Origin: Macrostomum hystrix
Taxonomy: Eukaryota; Animalia; Platyhelminthes
NCBI GenBank assembly: GCA_950097015.1
Contig: CATNEN010000002.1
Coordinates: 1,054,001 to 1,118,000, forward strand
Reading direction: 5' to 3'
DNA length: 64,000 bases
Shown here: one piece after another, positions 56,396 through 64,000 of the stretch
Layout: each line of letters opens with the position of its first letter
Position numbering within the stretch: position 1 is the stretch's first letter
Notes under the pieces: generated by a model
The model's input: only the letters and a program-made list of their open reading frames with translations
Told to the model about the DNA's origin: nothing
The model's database searches: none
Position numbers and translations under genes: made by a program

Positions 56396-59300
56396 CTAAA
56401 CGGGCGCGTAAGAGTAGCTACCAAACTGTCGCTTGCTCATCAAGTTGACGCTGCCACCGCTGCGACTTGGCCGTTGCCATCTAGCTGAAGCTGATGACGC
56501 TGAATCATTCCAGTGAGAAGAAGACGAGCCGGCGGTATGATGACCACCGTGAGCCTGGTGGTGGCGTCTTTTGTGGCTGCGCCTCCTGTAGCTGGCAGTT
56601 GCGGAGTACTGGCTGACTGGTCGGTGACTCCAGTAATAGTCTTCGTATTCTAGTCGACTACTGGCTGGGCAGTCTGTGAATTCGTCTGTGTTAAGGTAAG
56701 AAACGCGAGGCATTTTAATAATATAGTAAGCAGCAGATCGTGCATTTGATAAAACTTCTTGTCAATTTGAAATATTGAATCGTACCATCGAATAGATCTT
56801 CATCCTTTAGTCCATCAAAGAGACCCGACTCAGCAACTAACAAATTCGGCTGATTCTGATGCTGCTGCTGCTGCTGCTGCTGCATTTCAACTGGAATAGC
56901 TGAACTGTAGGCATAAGCGTAGCTGCTGCTGCTGCTAGCCCCAGCTAAATCTGGTCGATGAAGGGGCAGCTGAGGATGCATCTGCAGCAGCTGCTGGCTG
57001 TTTCTCGGATCCAATGGTAGTCCATGAAGCATGCCCATCTGCGGAGTATAGAATGGACTTTAATAATCTAAAGGTATAAATATTTTTTCGGCTTTAATAC
57101 CTATGCCGTTTTATATGCCCTATTTTGTTGTTTCCACAGTTTGAAGGCATAGAGGAACTTTTCAGGCTATTCTCTTGCCAGCTTGAGATTGAGAAAGGGA
57201 TGAGCAGCTTGAGCACCTGGCTGTGATGTTGGAGCAGACTATTCCTGTTTTTCCGCACTACCGGGTCCGGGATGAAAATCGGCGGTGGAGCGCGAACACC
57301 CGGCGGCGTTGGTGGTAGCTGGCGACGCTTTGATGTCACCGAAAGTCGACGACGTTGGGCCGACTCCGGAGTAGGCGGCGTCACCACTGGTGGTGGAGGT
57401 GGTGGCGGCGGCGGCGGCGGCGGCGGTGGTGGTCGAATGCCAGCCACTGCCATTGCCTACAAAATTTAAGATTTGGGAAATAAATTAACCTGAGAATTCT
57501 CCCAGAGGAGACACCCGATTCAGACATCAGATTTAAACAAGATAAAACATTCACAGACAGTACCTGTAAGTATTTACTACTATAAAAAACGTCTTATCAA
57601 CTTTAACAATGTTGCCTATGAGTATCTTAATTTAGTACGTTTATTTACTGTGTCAGTAGGCAATGTAAGTGGGCGAAGCTAAAAATCGGTGTGCTAGATA
57701 ATTAGTTCAACTGATTATAGTAGTAGCAATAGCAGCATATTCAATTTGACGACCAAGACATTTGGTGCATTTGCTAATCAATATTCCGATGCGCTAGGGA
57801 TAAAAATAATGTCAAAGTTTTCCAGCTTATTGTGCACATCCCATGTGGCTATCAGAACGAGTTGAAAGTTTGGCACAGCCGTTGTGCTGGGCTTTCGGCT
57901 CAACATACCTCAACAAGTCTCGTGTAGGAGCCCTTGAATAGAAAACAATGGACAACAGCACCATGTTAGATTGGTTTAACCATAGACAAAGGGAAAATGA
58001 AAAGTTGTGAAGTAAAAAAAACAATAAATTGCTGTCATTTTTTAACAAGATTTCAAATACATTATTAATCACTAAAGCAAAAACAGAACACAAAGGTGTA
58101 AATAAACGGATTAAACTCGTCTGAAATCCCAAACTTAGTTTTCACCGAAGTGCCTTAATTGTGTACAGGCATTGCTTTGTGCTCAATTGTGCTTAATCGT
58201 TCTGTGCGCAGCATTGTGCTCATATTGGGTGAAATAATCGACTCCCAGGAAGAAATTTCGTAACTTCGATGTTTGTCATTTCTACTTATTCCTTTTTCGA
58301 TGCTGAACGTGTTGTTTTTGCTAACACAACATGATACTTTGCTGTCCTGCTTGCACTATGCATTACCAGGATCCTAAACAAAAGTGTGCATTTCAAACAA
58401 CGTAAAACAAAATTCAAAAGCGAAATTGCGAACAGACTTGTGCGCGCCACTTGAGGATTTTGCGAACCATTTCCGTATGAATAGGATAAAGCAAGAAGGT
58501 TGTTTGATGCAAGAAAAAGAAACAGTACATGCTTGTTAGGCAAAAAATATTAGAAAACAAGCCGCTTGAAGAGCAAGATTGAAAGAACTCAAGATTTCAA
58601 TGCAACAGGCTGGTAAAAAGCAAGCGGAATTCCAGGTAGAGAAAACTGTAGATATTTACATGCAACGGCAGCCACATGCTCATTGCTGGCATGGCCTCTA
58701 TGGACTTTTGCCGTGTCTTGGACGTGCGCCTCAGCTTAAAATGGGTGAGTTAGTTCAGGGGAATTAATGAGGCTGTTTTGTGTAAGTCTAGGCATCACCT
58801 GTTGGATGAACATCGGAAAAACCAAAAGAATTATTTTAAATTTTCAAATCCACAAGCCATGACAGGAAACTAAAATCTCAAACATATTGGATGTTCTGTG
58901 ATACAACGCTTTAAAACTTCGTCCGGCAGAATTTAGCTTGAATATGCCTCGCTGCGAAAAGAGGAGAAATAAGAATAAAAAAGAGATGAGTCACAGGAGA
59001 GATGAGTCACAGGAGAGATGAGTCACATGAGAGATGAGTCACGGGAGAGATGAGTCACATGAGAGATGAGTCACGGGAGAGATGAGTCACATGAGAGATG
59101 AGTCACGGGAGAGATGAGTCACGGGAGAGATGAGTCACAGGAGAGATGAGTCACGGGAGAGATGAGTCACAGGAGAGATGAGTCACTAAAGAGGGGTAAG
59201 ATGAATTAGAAATAAATTAGCATTGTAGAAATGAGATAGAGGAGTCGAAGTTTTGCTTTTGGGCCGCCGTATTTAGGCAGCAGGCTCAGGATATGATGCA

Positions 59301-62251
59301 CGCGGAATGCATACTTTAGCATGGAACCAAACTACGGGCATTCATAATGAGCCGGCATGGCTAGCAAACAGCTTAGAAAGATACTAACATTTACATGTAA
59401 AACATCATGCATAAGGAAGAGCAATCTATATGCGCATTTACAAACTACCAAAATAGCGAAATATAAAGTTGATTTAATGTGTCTAATTGAATAAATATAT
59501 TCTCCGACCAACAAGTTCGTACTAAAGGCACTTTTTATTGGATGCGTGAGAAGAACTTAGCAGGCTTAACAATCCACTAGAAGTTGCACTCGAAGAGAAG
59601 AACCTGATATAGAAAGGGCAGTGGCTCACCTGCGATTGCGCGAACAGCAGTGGCTCAGCCATCCTCGAGTGAATATCGCCAGTCAACGGTGGCGATGACG
59701 GCTTCTCGGCGAATCTCGATGACGCCATGCCCCCGCCGACCTGCGGATGCACTTTGAGGAATAAATTTTCTCGGGATTCTTCGCCTTTGAGGCAGAGTAT
59801 TCGCTGTCTGATGGAACCATTTGCCTGCTGCTGCTGCTGATGCTGCTGCTGATGCTGATGCTGCAGAAGCTGTCTGGATGGCGATGCTTCGAATTCACTG
59901 TCGTACTGCGGTACCCTAGGTATCGAAAAATCATACGAGGTAGTATTCTTTTCGATTTTCATACGAACAAAGAGGCGTTAAAGAAAGCTTGCAACGCCGT
60001 TTATCAAGGCCCTATCAAATACTCGGTAAGGCACCCATCATTTTTAGGCGTCACAATGGATTTAGCCGGGGGCACACGTTACCCTTTGCTCCTGTCCAGG
60101 AAAAGCCCCTCCTGTGGGTGGTGGCGCCAATACGGAACCCAGATCGAATGCTAGAACACGAGCACACATTATCATGCCGGCCTTACTCAGACTGCTGAGC
60201 AAACTCGGCTCTTCTATGGCTAGCTTTGGCCCAACGCGGCGACAGACGCCTCTTCAACTTGGAACTGAAGGAGTCCCGATTGCGATTGACAGCTCCTGCA
60301 CCTGCGGCGGAGGAGGCACTCTTGAAGCTCACGCTGCCACCGACGCTGGCAACAGCTGCAGCCGCTGCGGCCGACGCTGACAGATCGTCGCTCTCGAACG
60401 ATGTCTGCGGTGTCAAATCGTAATCAACCACCGGAACTTCCAGGCTATGCTGCTGACGAAGACGCTGATCGGTTGACATAACGGCAGACTTTTGAACTGC
60501 AGCCGCTACGGCCGCTGCAACAGAAGACGAAGCTCGACTGTGCTGCTGCTGCGCCAGTAGCTTCTTAGCCGCTGCGGCTGCTGCTGCAACTGCGTCTTCA
60601 ACTCGACTGGAGAAGGGAAACTCGCGTGACATCTGCGGCAACAGGCCGTCCTCTTCCTCCTCTTCTTCCGCTTCCTCCTCGTCCGCCTCTTCGCCGTCTT
60701 CCAGCTCCTCCTCTTCTTCTTCCTCGTCGGCCCTGTCCGCCGGGTAGCTCGCTTCAGTGCTGATGCTGCGCAAGAGAAAATTGATGAATCGGCAAATGTT
60801 AGTAAATAGTTGGTCAATGTGACCGCAGCTGTTTTCAAAGAGGGGTAAAAGTTAGGTACGACTATTGGCTCAAGGTGCTTGGAAACAAAGCAAAGCAAAA
60901 TACTCGTACTAAGTGGCATAGAAATATGCCGAAATAAAATGCGAATGCCATGGTCAATCAATCTTGTTCATTAGTACTGAGGCTACTGTCAAGCATTTAC
61001 TATAGGTAGGGTTTAGGTTCGAGTATCTCTGAGCAGAATTATGTAACAGCAAGGTAGCAAAAACGCGCCGTAGGAGGCGCTGAAACATCATAGGGTCTTT
61101 ACTAATTTTTGATGCACACATTTTTTTGGTTCAAGCAGGAATTGCACACCTTGCTTCATCGGAAGGAAATGACGATAGCGGAGTTGCGGCAAACCTGTAA
61201 AGTTAGGTTTGCAATTCGAACAAAAGCTAGGGAAAGTGCTTTTAAAATTTTACACTAATTCCCTATTTTAGATCAAGCGAACTCAGCACCAATAAATAAA
61301 CGATCTTAGTAAAAAAATAACATCCCACACCAAGCCATGCTAGCTGATTTCAGAAAAAAAGAGTAGACCAAGAGAAACCATTTTCATTTTTTGTTTCTGC
61401 AATAAATACATACCTCTACTGTGTGATTCAGTCAATATAAGCGCTAAATGTACTTTTACTACTGCATTCAAACTGTTGTTGAAGTGTGACTGCTGCTGGA
61501 ATAAACAAAAAACATCTAACTGAAATTACAGGCGTCAATAGGTTAGAGTTGACACAATCGAAACCAAATAATAACACGCATCACTTACGATCCATCATCA
61601 ACGGACAATTGCGGCGGTGACCTGACTGCCAGCTTCGGCCGTCTCCGGTGACCTTCGCCGCCTATGAACGGCGATTGAGAAGCGGCTCTGCTGCTGCGAT
61701 ACTGCTGCTGCTGCCTGCCACTACCACGATTTGATACAGCTGACGTGTGATAGTCTGAGGATGTCGCTGTCGTTGGCGGATGCAGTGCCGTGGATTTCAC
61801 CGGCGAAGTTGGTGAAATATGCGGCGCCGGAAGGTGACTGTGCGGCGGATTGTCCAGTGAGGACTGCGCTGTCAAAGAGTTCTGCGGGCTAATCTTCGGC
61901 GCCGTTGCGCTGGGCACTACGAGGGAGGTTGGTGACGTCAGGTCTTTCTTTATGCTTCCATTGAACGGCGGGTGCTTGGGCAGGCGCTGCAGCAGCTGAC
62001 CGCTGCTGTGCATCCGCGGTGGTGGCAGCTTCGGTAGCAGTTTGGCCACCTTTGTCTGGTTGGCAGAGCTCGCTGAGATGGACGCCAACGACTGTGACAC
62101 CGACGGTTCTTGCTGCTGCTGCTGCTGGGGTAGGGACTGTGAATGCGGCAGGTGAGTTTCCACCTGAGCTGTTGAGCCGGGTGGTGCGGACACTTCTGCG
62201 ACTGTGATGACGACAGACTGGCTGTGCTGCTGGTGCTCATTTTGAGCATAA

Positions 62252-62308
<57 letters not shown>

Positions 62309-63072
62309 GCAGCCAGTGGTACAGCGGCCATCGGAGTATGAAAGCTCAACGCTTGAACGGCCTGGAAGATGGCCTCCGCACCGGGGCCACCCGGCCCACT
62401 GATGAACGGCCCGCAGTCGTCGTCCACGCTGCCACCGGCGCCTCCGGGTCCGTGGAGTGAGGAGTTCCGCCTGCCAGAGCCGACTCGGTGAATGGCCGAC
62501 ATCACGTGGCCGAACAGAGAGTGGTTGCGCTGATGGGGGTTCAGTTTGTGGATGTGTGAGGTGAGTGCTCATCTTGCCATTTTTTATTTCTAATTTTACG
62601 TTGTTAGTAAGCGTACATTTAGTTAGTTATAAGCCTATATTCTTACCGGCAAAATGCACTTCAAAATTAAGAAGATACACTGTGTACTTATAACAAGCAA
62701 TGCACAAAGTAAAAGAAGAGAAACGGTTTAGGGGAAATTGAATTTCCCAATTGTTAATTTAAAACTGGGCTTTAACACTTATTTCACGAATCGACAGCCC
62801 TGCATCTTTAAATTTGTAAGCCTTGGTCAGTTGGCGGTCCTGGGTTTCATTAAGGATCCAAAATCGTGCCAAAAAAAGTCGTAAAATTCAAAAGTTTAGG
62901 GTGAAGATGCTATGCCCAGGCCATGCTATGCAGTGGCAGTTACCCTGTGAATTGGAAACTCCATCAGCTCTTGCAGCTCCGCCCCTAGTAACAATCGGCT
63001 GTCCTCATCAAGGTCGCCTGATATGGTTCTGGTGATTTCTGGTCCAAGGTCCTGGATGGCTCTGAAGCCAGC
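56396..63072 (-). CDS. Cav1: L-type voltage-gated calcium channel alpha-1, cytoplasmic C-terminal exons (gene begins beyond the right edge)
   Basis: Exons 62944-63072, 61589-62529, 60187-60765, 59630-59915, 57909-57932, 57217-57456, 56786-57038, 56396-56685; GT-AG and phase-consistent. AGFRAIQDLGPEITRTISGDL matches recalled CACNA1C [44 protein letters not shown]~GSASSLVEAVLI. Confidence 0.85.
58983..59186. repeat. 16-bp minisatellite in Cav1 intron, each unit carrying TGAGTCA
   Basis: 13 copies of gagatgagtcac(a/g)(g/t)ga. Confidence 0.97.
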
Positions 63073-64000
63073 CTGGGTGGTGTTGATTGAGAATCACAAA
63101 TGTCTACGCTTTATTTACCTGATGTCGATGCTAAAAGTTTTTTAGAATAACTAGAAGTATATATAAACATTCACACAGAGTAAAAGAAAGTGCTATGATA
63201 ATTAATTACAATGTGCATGAACAGTAAAACAGAGTTATTCTAGATCTATTCGTCGCTATAAAACTTAACTGAATGGGACTTTGACGCTTTTTAGACTCCT
63301 ATTCGATGCAAAATCATAGAAATCAGTTTCCTTATTTAGCCTTGTAATAAATAACAGAAAACTAACATTGCAATGATGGTGACGTCATTCTTTAGCAAGA
63401 AAGCATCAATAAAGTCGGTCTTAAGCTATGAAACTAGTGTCGAAAAGATGACTCTCTTTTAAATTTTGAAATGCTCTTAAAGTACGCAACTTTTTCTGCG
63501 AAGGTCGAACAACTCAAGAATATTCATCAAACACAAACGATTTCATCATTAAAGTAAAATGTTTTTAGTGCAAAATCACGTTAAACACAATTCGCTAAAT
63601 AATAATGTTAAATCGGACTTTCGCTGTGTTTTAGTATGCAGCAGTATGGCTAGAAATCAATAGCATTGGCTGAAAATAAATTATTTCACTATACAATGAC
63701 AACTATTTTATTACATCCTCATAATCGTGCTCAGAATCGACTTTCTGAGATTCCTCTTCTCTAACGCACAGCGCTGCTAAATCTGTATTCGGCGGGCTGC
63801 CGATGGAGCCAATACAGCCGATGGACGCTGTGACAGTCGAGATGGCCTCGACACTGAGCATTGCTGCTACAATACTCTTTCGACGCTAATTAGTGGGCAG
63901 TCAGTTTTTTCGTAGTTGTTAAGTTTGTTATGTTTAGGTGCAGTGCTCATTGTGAGACCTTTTCAGGACTCATTAATAAAACCGAGAATTAGTCGGTTAG

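Overview
Eukaryotic, intron-rich animal DNA. By inference it is a flatworm such as Macrostomum (minisatellite-filled introns, USP gene, lophotrochozoan-type myosin light chain). Left 26 kb: the 5' 18 exons of PI4KA (minus strand). Nine of its introns each hold a different minisatellite. One intron also holds a nested stack: a CCC-ended TIR DNA transposon with a BEN-domain gene, itself interrupted by a full-length RTE-type LINE. Just upstream of PI4KA lies a 5.2 kb DNA transposon with a Sola2-like DDD transposase ending in a PHD finger. The middle holds an intronless myosin essential light chain, a universal stress protein, and a 5-exon gene with two MSP-like domains. The standout is a 15 kb cluster of five intronless LamG-EGF-TM paralogs. 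One is a 449-aa 'mini-Crumbs' with an intact GxYxPSxxE/ERLI tail; the other four have lost, replaced or eroded the tail or ectodomain. The right end holds the C-terminal exons of an L-type (Cav1) calcium channel, including a 24-nt microexon. Two tRNA-derived SINE families are scattered throughout. Exon models were built by hand from GT-AG sites, phase continuity and recalled homolog sequences. No database search was run.
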